From contig BCKZ01000016.1 of NCBI GenBank assembly GCA_001600815.1, forward strand, positions 113,077 through 177,076: a stretch of 64,000 nucleotides of DNA. Reading direction: 5' to 3'. A model generated the notes under the pieces. That model did no database searches. It worked only from the letters and a program-made list of their open reading frames with translations, and was not told the origin of the DNA. Position numbers and translations under genes: made by a program. This document shows, in pieces, positions 23,612 to 34,792 of this stretch. This stretch comes from Alloascoidea hylecoeti (Eukaryota). How positions within the stretch are numbered: the first letter of the stretch is position 1; every line of letters starts with the position of its first letter.

Positions 23612-25201
23612 TTACATCATCATTGAGTTTGTTTTCCGTTTCTTAAAACTTTCTTCTGCATCATATATTTCATCTCCTCTCCGTATTCCTCCATTTATAT
23701 TTAAGTTCCCACCTAAATTACTAGTTGTAGGTGTATTTGGGGATAAATTTGTAGTGATACTATCATTAAATGATTTTGATCTACTTTGTTCATTCAAAAC
23801 TTCACTTGCTAATATTCCTAAAGCTTCTAACATATCACCACTAGTATTATTACGATGATTATAATGTCCACTATTATTAATGTTATTTTGATTATTAGAA
23901 TTTGATCTTGATAATTCTTCTTTTAATTGTGATATTTCTAAACATTTATCTTTAACCGCTTGATGATATGCTTTTAGTTTAGCATTTGCGACGCGTAAAC
24001 GATCTTTATATTTAATTTCATCTGAATTTATTTGTAAATGTAATTGATTGTCTTGTATAAATTGATTTTGAATTAAATTTTGATTTTGATTCTGATTCTG
24101 AATCTGATTCTGATTCTGATTTTGATTTTGATTTTGATTATGATTTTGATTTGTATAATTTTTTAATCGTAATTGTTCAGCTTCACGTTTTAAAATATTA
24201 TTTTCAACTTCATATCTTTGATAAGCTTCAGAAGATTCAATTGTTAATAATTTATTTTGTAATTGTAGATGAGAAGAAAATTGTTTCATTTTAAGAAGTG
24301 ATTTTGATAATGATGGAATTAATTTATTTGCTTGATTTAAATTTTCTCGTAATGAATTTAAATCTAATTTAGATATTTGTTGTGGTGTTAAAATTTCCCA
24401 TTTTAAATCTATGGAAGGATCTATTCCTTGCTGTTGTAATGTATTTGAAAGAATTGAACCTGATGAATTTAATTTTTCATATTTATTTGAAATTGTTGAA
24501 GAATACCTTGATGGCGATACATTTTTGGAATCTTCAAATGGACTTGATAAAAATCCCGCCGCGTTGGAACTCATTGTATTTGATCTATCGTCTAGGGGGC
24601 CTAATGAGACAGCACCTGACCCTTTTAATATACTACCAAATTGTGGGGTACTTATTGGTGTCATAATAATTGAACTCATGTTGGCTCTATGTAAAGATGG
24701 AGTATTAAAACTAAGATTGGGTGAATATATTATAGAAGTATCTTCATCATTGTCATTGTCATTATCATTTGGTGTAATATTGTCAATGGAATTGGTAGTA
24801 CTTATTTCACCTTCTGATTCTGACGGAGCGGCATGATGATCTAGTGATGATAATGACAGTGATTCTGAAGATTCGTGAGATCCTAATCTTACAATATCAC
24901 TCTCATCTTCATGTTGTTGCTCAGAATCCGTTCGCGTAATTGTAATCTCGGGTGACTTCAGACTATTATGGACCTGACCATCTACTCCTATTCCTAATTC
25001 TAATGAATGATTATTTAAATTCTTAGATTTTTTACCCGTTCCATTTAAGAGAGATCCATTAATACGATTGGTACTAAGTCTTGTGTCTAATGTTGAAGGA
25101 GGAATTAATGGGATTTTAAATGTGTACGTGTCTGTGTCGCGATTGTTTGATTCATTATTAGTTAAAGAATCAATATTTAAATTATGATTTGTATTTGACA
25201 T
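23612..25201 (-). CDS. FDO1: Fdo1-like (YMR144W) coiled-coil protein with an NQ repeat
   Basis: LQNKLLTIE..QRYEVENNILK and DMLEALGILASEVL resemble recalled Fdo1 blocks. It lies directly downstream of RPS16 on the same strand, as recalled for S. cerevisiae. Confidence 0.68.
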   Translation of the reverse strand: MSNTNHNLNIDSLTNNESNNRDTDTYTFKIPLIPPSTLDTRLSTNRINGSLLNGTGKKSKNLNNHSLELGIGVDGQVHNSLKSPEITITRTDSEQQHEDESDIVRLGSHESSESLSLSSLDHHAAPSESEGEISTTNSIDNITPNDNDNDNDEDTSIIYSPNLSFNTPSLHRANMSSIIMTPISTPQFGSILKGSGAVSLGPLDDRSNTMSSNAAGFLSSPFEDSKNVSPSRYSSTISNKYEKLNSSGSILSNTLQQQGIDPSIDLKWEILTPQQISKLDLNSLRENLNQANKLIPSLSKSLLKMKQFSSHLQLQNKLLTIESSEAYQRYEVENNILKREAEQLRLKNYTNQNHNQNQNQNQNQNQIQNQNQNQNLIQNQFIQDNQLHLQINSDEIKYKDRLRVANAKLKAYHQAVKDKCLEISQLKEELSRSNSNNQNNINNSGHYNHRNNTSGDMLEALGILASEVLNEQSRSKSFNDSITTNLSPNTPTTSNLGGNLNINGGIRRGDEIYDAEESFKKRKTNSMMM

Positions 25202-25488
25202 CTTTTAATACTTTTGATATGATTAATATATTCTGTAGTTTATTTGTGATGATCTTTAAGTATAATTCCAAGGATGATTTTACTATTCTTTTTGTTTTAT
25301 AAAAAAACTTCCTGTTAAAGGGGATACAAAATTTATTTTATTTGATTTGTTTTGAAATAAACCTATAGGATATAAAATAGTAGAACATACAAGTGCAAAT
25401 ATTTAAGCTTGAGGATTTATTGTTTTGATAGTTGACGAGTAGAGTGGAAAGAGTGTGTCAATAATTAGGCATGTGGTTGGTTAAAATA

Positions 25489-25547
25489 ACGCGTAACTCA
25501 AAACAAAAGAGGAAAAAAAAAACATAAATGTCAACGTTGCTACGCGT
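25489..25547. promoter_or_regulatory. Two MCB (ACGCGT) boxes upstream of the FDO1-like gene
   Basis: ACGCGT at 25489-25494 and 25542-25547, about 290-345 bp upstream of the ATG in AT-rich DNA. Confidence 0.5.
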
Positions 25548-25853
25548 TTGTCTTAATTATTTCAATAACTTAATTAATATTTTAAGTATTAATTGTACCC
25601 ATTTCTGTTTATTAATTTAGATACCCATTTTTTATTAATATAAGATAAGGTCTTATATACTTGAAAATTTTAGTACCACTGAGATCTACAATGAATTGCG
25701 TATAGACTACACAAGAGCGGTTACATGTTATCATCAAGGTTCTTTTTATCCTTTTACATTATAGTTAAATATCACTAATCAAGCTATGACATTACATTAT
25801 TTCAATAATAATTATAAATATACAAATGCAATTGCCATACCAATAAAAATGAT

Positions 25854-26671
25854 TTAACGGTATGATTTTTGATAACGAGCACGAGCACCTGGACCACCAA
25901 ATTTCTTTGGTTCACTTCTTCTTGAATCAGCAATCAATAATGTTCTATCATAAGAAACAAAAGCTTTCTTTAATTCATTTTTAGATTGTTCATCAACATA
26001 TTTTTGATGATAAGCAACAACACCTTTAGCAATTGCTTGTCTAATGGCATAAACTTGAGAAACGTGACCACCACCAGTGACTCTGACCCTGATATCAATG
26101 TTGGCGAATTTGTCAAGACCAACGATTAAAAGTGGTTCGTAAACTTTGAAACGGAGAATTTCTGGTTCAACTAAAGTAATTGGAGATCCATTTACTTTAA
26201 TGAGACCAGAGCCTTGTTTGACATGGGCGACAGCAGTAGCAGTCTTCTTTTTACCAAAGGTCTAGAAAATATTATGTTAGTAATATGTTAAAATTATTAA
26301 TTTGATTTATGAGTTTTTTGGTAATTCAAGATGATGAAGGGTTTGAATTTGAAATAAAACTGTCATTTCATCCATTTTGCTTCCTTCGATTTGAAATATT
26401 CAGTTGTCTAATCATTTTCTTATTTCACATTATAAATTCGAAATTTTAATAAAATTGTCGTTTCAATCATTCCATCTTCAACTTTTTGTTTAAATCATCA
26501 AATATTTAATAACCACCAATTTATTCATTTTTTATTTCCTTTTCCACGTCTCACATCAATAACCCTCCTCATAATCAAAAGTCACCAAAATCCTCATAAG
26601 AATATTTTCAATAACGTAGTAAATCTTCCACATACTTGTACACTTGGAACAGATGTTTGTTGAGAGCCCAT
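25854..26671 (-). CDS. RPS16: 40S ribosomal protein uS9/S16, 2 exons (26671-26636, 26261-25854); missed by the ORF track
   Basis: [71 protein letters not shown] and TAG splice signals. Confidence 0.97.
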
Positions 26672-26780
26672 TTTGTTGATTTGCTTTTTTGTTTAATCTA
26701 CAACTTGGCTTTAGTTAGATGTTGATAATTGCGTTCTGTAATTTACTCACAATGTGATATACTTTACCATACTAAACTAC

Positions 26781-26803
26781 AAAAGCAGTCACAAATCACG
26801 TGA
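26781..26803. promoter_or_regulatory. Homol-D box (CAGTCACA) plus Cbf1-type E-box (TCACGTGA) in the RPS16 promoter
   Basis: AAAAGCAGTCACAA at 26781-26794 and TCACGTGA at 26796-26803, about 115 bp from the ATG. Confidence 0.65.
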
Positions 26804-26974
26804 TACGTGAATAGTTATTAATATCAGCATAATTTTATTATATCTTTAAATTTGGATAATAATTGTAGAGTTAGAATTGGAATAGTGAAGTCTTATATTA
26901 ATTGTTTAATAGAACTAATATTATATTAAATTATATTATGACATATAGGTTTAGTTTTAGTTTTTTAAATAGTT

Positions 26975-27487
26975 TTAATCGAATAAACCGAATCCCATAT
27001 CGTCATCAGATTCTTCAGCTTCAGATTCAGCTTTTTCTTCTTCAGCTTCGGCTTCAGCAGCAGAGCCTGAGGCAGCACCACCGGCAGCACCTGGAGCAGC
27101 GACAGCTGGACCACCTGAGATGTTGAAAAGGAGACTTTTTAAGTCTTTACCTTCTAAAGCTTTAGCGAAAATGTCGGCCCAAATCTATATAATAATAAAT
27201 AATAACGTTAGAATTTTGTTTTGTTTTATGATTACTGAAATATGATTTGTTCTAGGTAATAGTGAATAAGATAGCAATTGGAAATTGTTTGTTTCGCGTT
27301 GCCCAACTAATCACTACACTTATTTCATTCATTTATTTGATTTGATTATAATGTTCCAACATACACTATCAATATGGATATTAGCAGCTTTTGTTAAAGC
27401 TTGTAATTTTTCTGAGGAAACCTCAACATCGGAGTCGACCAAAATTAAAGAGGCAAAAGCCAAAGAAGATTCAATATTTTCAGCCAT
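26975..27487 (-). CDS. RPP1: Acidic ribosomal stalk protein P1, 2 exons (27487-27365, 27184-26975)
   Basis: [27 protein letters not shown]..|[26 protein letters not shown]. Confidence 0.95.
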
Positions 27488-27589
27488 TGTTGTTAATTTG
27501 TTGTTATGTAAGTTGGTACGGTTTTGGCGATGGTTCAAAATGACGAATTATTGTTAAGTTGGATGCATGGGTGTAAGCACAAAAATGGA

Positions 27590-27603
27590 AAAAGCAGTCA
27601 CAA
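27590..27603. promoter_or_regulatory. Homol-D box in the RPP1 promoter
   Basis: The same 14-mer AAAAGCAGTCACAA as at RPS16, in the same orientation, about 105 bp from the ATG. Confidence 0.65.
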
Positions 27604-27871
27604 GCCTAGCAATAATACCCCAGATTTTATTAAATTGATTTGAATTTCGTTCCTAATGAGTTTGAATATTTTAGCATTGTTACACCAATCATAAATCTGT
27701 TATCTTTCGTATAGTGAATAGCTATTGAGATATATCAGATTTATAAAGATTTATGTCTGATAAACCATTGTTGTACCTACCGAGTGAGATAATATAATTA
27801 AGTACCACTGGTACTTTGTAGAAACACAAACACAAATTCAAATCGCCATTAAAGATTTCGTTTTACCCCAC

Positions 27872-28310
27872 TAGGGCAGATTAAACTTACGCTTTTTTTC
27901 CTGGTTTGGTACTACTCCAAATAAAAATGGCAAGATTATAACTATATGACCCCCAACCACTCTATAAAATGAAGTGCAACCATCTTTCCAGATTCCAACC
28001 CATTTCATAAAACTTACAGATCACGATTTCCCCATTTTATAGATAGTTTGAGAATCAAAGACCTGGCTTGACCATCGTCTAGCATACACTTTCCCCCGCA
28101 GATTCTGTAGACGTGTAGAGTATAGCGTCACTGAATGGCACCCCAAACATCCTGGGCCACTCCAATCTATCTTTACACCACATCCTTCTGTTTCTTTGCT
28201 TCCTCTCATTCAGCAAAGGTTTTTTATGTGCCGAGAATATTGCATGTCTATTTTTATAGTAGGGCTCTCTTTGGACGGCGACCGAATGCAGCGCTTAATT
28301 TTGATCCGGC
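27872..28310. mobile_element. Non-autonomous TIR element, family A copy 2 (internally deleted)
   Basis: Left TAGGGCAGATTAAACTTACGC. Right end reverse complement GCCGGATCAAAATTAAGCGC matches the left end of copy 1. GTGCCGAGAATATT is shared with copy 4. Confidence 0.62.
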
Positions 28311-28857
28311 TGTATTATAGTCTGCAGCTGAATACTATTAGCAATGTAAAATGGCCAACTGGGATAAAGATAATTCGCGGTTATATCCAATACAATTCGT
28401 TTATCATCGACGGCAGGCATTTCAAAAGTATATGAAGTTACTTCTCTCTCTCTCTTTAATAACTCTTCATGTTCTACACTATTTGTAGTGTGTTTTTACA
28501 GATCTAGATGCACTTAAATTGGATGTGTATGGGTAAACAAATATCTAGATCTAATTAATACAACTAGCTAATTATGTTGTTGTACTGCATGAAGTACATG
28601 TATATCGCCTGCCCATTTTTCTGTTGATAATATTCGAATTATGCTTCGATATATGCGAAAGCATGAAATGTTGTTAGTCACATTTGACGGTTTAACGGTG
28701 TATTTCAACCCACGACTTCAATGTATAACTACTTGGATTGAATTGTAAACTGCGATTCCTAATATTGGATAAATTATCACACTATTTGGGTATAAATTTT
28801 GAAGTTTGACTGTAATTGTGTAGATAGCCAATTCGATTTATAAAGTGACAGCGGTCG

Positions 28858-28863
28858 ACGCGT
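28858..28863. promoter_or_regulatory. MCB box upstream of TEM1
   Basis: GACGCGTC about 130 bp upstream of the ATG; single site. Confidence 0.35.
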
Positions 28864-28993
28864 CTTAATTAATTATTATCAAACCTCAACACCACTTAGT
28901 AACTTCCCATCTCTTATATTCACATTATTTCTATCTTATCACCAAATATTTCCCATATATAGAGCAGAATTCATAAATATATCAAATTAAAGT

Positions 28994-29900
28994 ATGTCAA
29001 GATATAGATCTGAACCTTCATCCCCTGAAACCAGCAGACGCGACTCCGTGGTGGACAGATTTGCATCCAGTACAGGCAGTAATCAATCTTTAAATAATTC
29101 ATTTGCTTCAAGTATTTCAAGTGTTAGGTCGCAAAGTTCAATACAAAACAGTTTGTAAGTATTAATCAAAATGATGATAATTAAGGAAATTATAATTATA
29201 ACATGTCAAACATGCACTATAAAGTCTATAACTAATTTTAACAATTTTAGAGTTTCGTTAAAAGTTGGACTGATAGGAGATTCACAAATAGGTAAAACAT
29301 CATTAATGGTAAAATATGTTGAAGGCAGTTACGATGAAGAGTATATTCAAACATTAGGAGTTAATTTTATGGAAAAAACAGTAACTATTAAAAATCTTGA
29401 TGTTACATTTTCAATATGGGATTTAGGTGGACAAAGAGAATTTATAAATATGTTACCATTGGTTTCAAGTGATGCAGTTGCAATTTTATTTATGTTTGAT
29501 TTAACAAGAAAATCAACATTAAATAGTATTAAAGATTGGTATCGACAAGTTAGAGGTTTTAATAAAACTGCTATTCCATTTTTGGTTGGTACTAAATATG
29601 ATTTATTCATAGAATTGAGTAATGAACATCAAGAAGAAGTTAGTAAATATGCTCAAAAATTTGCAAAAGCAATGAAAGCAAGTCTTATATTTTGTTCAAC
29701 AAGTTATTCAATAAATGTTCAAAAGGTAAGTTTAATATTATGACTACTAGGCTCTATTATATTACTAACACGAGTCCTTCCATTTCAAAAATGAAAAATA
29801 GATATTCAAAGTTGTTCTTTCTAAAGCATTTGATTTAAAATTAACGATCCCTGAAATAAAAAATGTTGGTGAGCCGTTGTTTGTCTATCATGATTGGTGA
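28994..29900 (+). CDS. TEM1: Tem1/Spg1 GTPase (mitotic exit network), 3 exons (28994-29154, 29251-29725, 29802-29900)
   Basis: [60 protein letters not shown]. Two GTAAGT..AG introns in frame. Confidence 0.95.
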
Positions 29901-30348
29901 TCATGATATCGGTGTTTTTTTTTTCCTTTACATATGCATTATAATTATGTATAATTAATTACAGTTGCAATACTGGTATAGCCTATATTCTAATATTTCC
30001 TTATCATCATAAGCCATCGAGCAGAGCCTGATTTGGGTGACCCCTGGGCCCTGTGCCCTGTCTAACAATAATGGCAGTTTTAATTACATAGTAAACGTAC
30101 CTGAAGTTCATTAGCTTTGCCTCATTTGCCACTACGCTAAGGTTTATTAGCGAGGCTGTGTTTAAGGTCGCAGATGACTCATAAATGCTGATCTATTATG
30201 TAAGAAATACAATCCTCTTATGTAATCGTCCCACTTTAAGTTTTATTTAAACTCTGCCTACCCCCATAATAACATCTCTATAAATTTATCAATTTTTTCT
30301 TTCCTTCTCTCTTCATTCTAAACTAATTATAATATATCAGATTTTGCG

Positions 30349-31284
30349 ATGGTTTTCTCATGTGGTAAATCTATCTATTTACTAATTCCTTTCGCTTTAT
30401 CGTTGGGTACCTTATTGCTAACGATCATATCATTTGTTGGATCAACAAAGAATAATTCTCAACTAACGGATATTTATTTATTAAGAATTAATATAAGTGA
30501 TATTGATTATTCAAAAGTTTTAACATCAACAGATTCAACTCTTTCAAGTTTAATCAGTTCAAGTTCAGACTCTTCAACATTGGTTAATGAACTTGGTAGT
30601 ACTGTTGCAAGTCAACTTGGCTTATCTGATATTTATTCAGCTGGTCTTTGGAATTATTGTAAAGGTAATTTAAATACAGATAATTCAATTAATTATACTT
30701 ATTGTGGGAAACCAAAATTTTTCTATTATTTTAATCCTGTTGAAATATTAGAAGATGATATTGATAATTCAACTCTTGCTTCAACATTGACTGATTTAAC
30801 AGGTTCTGATATAAGCGTTAGTTCAATAATGAATGATTTAGGTATTAATTTACCTGATAATATTGAATCATATATGCATACTCTAAAAATCGTGATGCGG
30901 GTTATATTTATCTGTTATATCATTGGTATTGTTCTAACTGCAATTTCTTTGATACTTGGTATAATGGCTGCATGTAGTAATGCTGTTAATGTTTTTGTTG
31001 CAATGATTGTATTTTTAGCTACAATTGCTCTAGTTATTGCAATGGCTGGAAGTACTGGAGTTTATATTTATATTAGAAATGTATTCAATGATAATGCTAG
31101 TGATTATGGAATAACCGCTGATATATCTCGTAAATATCTTGGTTTAGCTTGGGGTGCTGTTGGTGGTAGTATTTTAGCTTTGTTCTTTTGGACTCTTGGT
31201 ATTTGTTGTTGCTGTTGTGGTAGAAGAAGAAGATCTGATTCTGATGAAGAAAGGAAACCATTTATTGGTTATGCTTATCGTTAA
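30349..31284 (+). CDS. SUR7/PalI (Pun1/Ecm7-like) four-TM plasma membrane protein
   Basis: DIYSAGLWNYCKG claudin-like motif, 1+3 TM layout, CCCCG-RRRR juxtamembrane tail. Confidence 0.85.
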   Translation: MVFSCGKSIYLLIPFALSLGTLLLTIISFVGSTKNNSQLTDIYLLRINISDIDYSKVLTSTDSTLSSLISSSSDSSTLVNELGSTVASQLGLSDIYSAGLWNYCKGNLNTDNSINYTYCGKPKFFYYFNPVEILEDDIDNSTLASTLTDLTGSDISVSSIMNDLGINLPDNIESYMHTLKIVMRVIFICYIIGIVLTAISLILGIMAACSNAVNVFVAMIVFLATIALVIAMAGSTGVYIYIRNVFNDNASDYGITADISRKYLGLAWGAVGGSILALFFWTLGICCCCCGRRRRSDSDEERKPFIGYAYR

Positions 31285-31529
31285 CCTATAAATCATCAAC
31301 ACATATTTTATTAATGATTAGTCTCTTTGTTTCAAGATAATCATTTCATGATTTTATACATATATAACTTTTATTTTCAAAACTGTTTAGTCGGATTTTT
31401 TGTTTTATTTTTTAATAAAATGCTCATGCTCTTTTTGTGTTTGTAATTGTGTTTGTGTTTGTGGTTCTTGTGGTGATTTGGTATTGGGATTCTTTCTAAA
31501 TAGAGACCAAATATATTACTACTATCTAC

Positions 31530-32220
31530 GTTCTTTAATATTCTTTTAATTCACTCTCCTTATAATCTTAAACCATATACTGTATCATTGAAATATATTA
31601 TTATTCATTTAAGATTGCGAGTAAAGTATAATAAGAGTTAAAAACTGGTATATTAGCACCTCCAATGGCCCACCAGCCCATGATTGATTATCAGAAAGAA
31701 TATTAATGATGTCAACATGAATTCACCTAAGATTTATGAATTGCAGGGGATCTTTGGAACTTTTATGGTTAATGATATGAAAACAGAAAGTGAAGTAACA
31801 AAAATACCCACAACATGGTTCTTGCCATGCAAGTGCTAATTGGATAGCCATATTCGAAGATCTATCCCACCAATAAATATTAATGATGTCAGTTCAATTG
31901 CAACAAATTCAAATTTAAATTTGTAGATATATATTTCTGTAGCTATAACATTATATATAAAATTAAAGGTTGATATATTGGCTATACCGTTATTGATCAA
32001 AGATCTTAGACTTTTAAATTTATTCATACTTATTGGCACGTACTCTTGAGTCGGCAGTCAACAAGAGATCGTGAGGCTTTTTGGCATATGTATCTGAAGA
32101 ATTTATTGGTATTAGCAGTGATATTTCTCAAACGATTAGTACAGTACTTCGCGTAAATAAAAAAATATATAAACATCCAAATTTTCCTTAAATTCTTCGA
32201 TTATATGCATATTCATATAA
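31530..32220 (+). mobile_element. Diverged direct repeat copy 1; possible hAT transposase relic
   Basis: Colinear similarity to 34040-34755. Reads NDVNMNSPKIYELQGIF..PTTWF/AMQVL. Confidence 0.45.
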
Positions 32221-33143
32221 GGTTACACCAGGTAGCTATAGCTATAGCTCATAATCGCAATTCCTGCGCTGTTATGCACTTTTATGAAGAGATTCCAATT
32301 GGATTCAGGAATCTCAGCAGTTATGCTATTTTGCTCACAGACAACGCTATAGCTACAGGTTTTGTTATGGATACGTAGGATTTTGCAGAAAAGGAGTGAA
32401 GCTGCAAGTGCCATGATAACTTTATTAAATTTCAACATGCAGCTGTTCTGGTGTTAACGTACGAATATACACATATATATGTAAATATGGTCTTCTAGTA
32501 CTTCGCTAGCTCCAATTCAAGCTTCCAACATTCATCTCTATATTTGTTATCTCCAGATAATTGTTTGTAGTTAGTACCTTTTCCTTCTTAGAAGTCTGAA
32601 CTCTTCTTCGAATAGTTTTTAGAGCACTATGATGGAAATTTGAACCAATAACCCTAGTAGTCCAACAAGCTTTAGCAAGAGTTTGATGTGATGGTCAAAA
32701 AAGATTGTTTTGTTTATCGTTTTATAACAACCGAAATAATCGAAAAAAATTATTTCAGAGACAATCTATGAAATTATCAGCAGTATGAAGTACAGGATGT
32801 TGGCACTTTTAAATGTAGAAGACCCAAAAATGGTAAACAGTTTATGAAATCCCCTGTAATTATACTGCTTTTTCCGATTCATTAACTGGTTATATATCCA
32901 TTTTTACGATCGCAAGTTAATTATTACGTAGATGAGCATTTCGGCTAAATGCATGTCGAAATTCTTAAATGGGTTATAATGTTTATTAAATAGAAATATG
33001 AACGTTTCCCTTTAATTCCGAAAAATTATTGATCTTAATTACATTCTTTTTAGAAGGTTGCTCTTTTCCTGTAATATTAGTTTTAAATCCAATATTGATC
33101 ATTAGGTTATAATTTCTACTTTCCACCTTCATTCAGACAAAAA

Positions 33144-33881
33144 ATGCCGACCTCAACAGTTTATTTCATTTCAGGTGCAAATAGAGGGCTTGGATTCTCT
33201 TTTGTTAAGCAATCATCTTCTGATTCTAATAATTTAGTCATTGCTTCTGCAAGAAATCCTGATAAGGCTACAGAGTTACAAGAATGGGCCAAGGAACATA
33301 CAAATACTAAAATCGTCAAACTTGATGTTTCAAACGAGGAAAGTATCGCTAGTTTACCTGATCAAGTTTTTAAGTTTACTGACAAAATTAATGTTTTAAT
33401 TTCAAATGCTGGCTTGATAGACGAGAAAACTAGACCAATATTAGAAACTCCTGCTTCTGCTTTTAGTAAATTATTTACAGTAAATTCAATTGGCCCAATT
33501 TTACTTGTTGGAGCACTTAAACCTTTCCTATCAAAATCGATATCCTCTAAAACTATATTTATTTCTAGTTTTTCTGGTTCTATTACTGGAAATGAATATG
33601 CATATCCGGCATATGGAGCATCCAAGGCAGCTTTAAATTATTATATGAGGGTATTATCTACAGAATCAAAGGTTCATACTTTTGTTGCTATTCATCCGGG
33701 GTTTGTAGATACTGATATGGCAAAAGAGGTGGTCCGACAAGATACCAGTGGTGTATTAGCTAAAATGAATAAGTTAACTCCCGATGAATCAGCTTTTTCG
33801 ATTTTGAACGTTGTTAAAGGCCTAAGTATTAAAGATTCGGGATCTTTTTTGGATTATAAGGGAATAACTCTACCTTTTTAA
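33144..33881 (+). CDS. Classical short-chain dehydrogenase/reductase (C-factor/CsgA-like)
   Basis: ISGANRGLG, ARNP, LDV, ISNAG, YGASK (YxxxK) and IHPGFVDTDM motifs. Confidence 0.93.
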   Translation: MPTSTVYFISGANRGLGFSFVKQSSSDSNNLVIASARNPDKATELQEWAKEHTNTKIVKLDVSNEESIASLPDQVFKFTDKINVLISNAGLIDEKTRPILETPASAFSKLFTVNSIGPILLVGALKPFLSKSISSKTIFISSFSGSITGNEYAYPAYGASKAALNYYMRVLSTESKVHTFVAIHPGFVDTDMAKEVVRQDTSGVLAKMNKLTPDESAFSILNVVKGLSIKDSGSFLDYKGITLPF

Positions 33882-34039
33882 CGTTGATTGGGTTTTAACA
33901 TATAACTTAATAAAATATAATATCGTCAATAAGATTAATTTTTCAGTTTACTCTATAATATTTATATTTATATTCACACATATTCCACTTACTTACGTCC
34001 ACATGATAGACTAATATTCGGTATTGAAGAATAGTTTTT

Positions 34040-34755
34040 AGCTACTTTTTTAATATTTTTTAATTTACTCTCGTTATAACTATAAACCACATATTAGTTT
34101 ATATATCATCGAAAAAGATTATAGTTCACTTAAGATTGAGAGTTACGTATAGTATGCACTAAAACAAATGGACAAATAATGATAAGAATAATGTCAACAT
34201 AAATTCACCAGATATTAATACTTATGAATTACAGCGGATCTTTTGAACTTTCTTTGTTAATGATGAAAGAAGAGAAAGAGGAAAGAAAAAATATGCTTCA
34301 TAATTACTAATATTTACCCACAAGGTGGTTTTCGGTTATGCAAGCGCTGAATTGTAGACATGCTCGATGATCCCACCAATAATATTAACACACCGCGTAC
34401 GTACTACCCAGTGTACCCAGTGTACACAGTGCCAGTTCAATTCCAACGGCTTTAAACTTAGATTTATAAATAGATCTGTAGCTAAAACATTATACGAAAT
34501 TAATGATATGTTTGTAGAGAATTTTGCTTCAAGACAACATTGATCAAATATCGAAGACATGCGCATTTTACTTCAATTGACTTTGATGCAGTTAATGTTG
34601 TTAATTTCCAGTAGACTTGCAATTGTACCAATATTCAGAAAAATAATGTTATATAAGTGCTTATAATTACAGTAATACTTTGAATATTAGTAGTTATAAA
34701 AGATATATAAACATCAGAATTCTCCATAAACTTTTATACATGTATATTCATTCAT
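34040..34755 (+). mobile_element. Diverged direct repeat copy 2; possible hAT transposase relic
   Basis: PTRWFSVMQAL at 34317-34349 resembles the hAT TRWNS motif; *SNIEDMRILLQ at 34541. Several stops and frameshifts. Confidence 0.45.
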
Positions 34756-34792
34756 TCGATTGTACGTTCGTTAAGGTTTAAGGTACGTGCAA

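Noticed and set aside
27800..27816. 17-bp near-palindrome AAGTACCACTGGTACTT (possible excision footprint)
   Set aside because: Short enough to arise by chance in 64 kb.
32500..32690. Possible C-terminal fragment of a dehydrogenase on the minus strand (..DNKYRDECWKLELELAKY*)
   Set aside because: No diagnostic motif and multiple stops.
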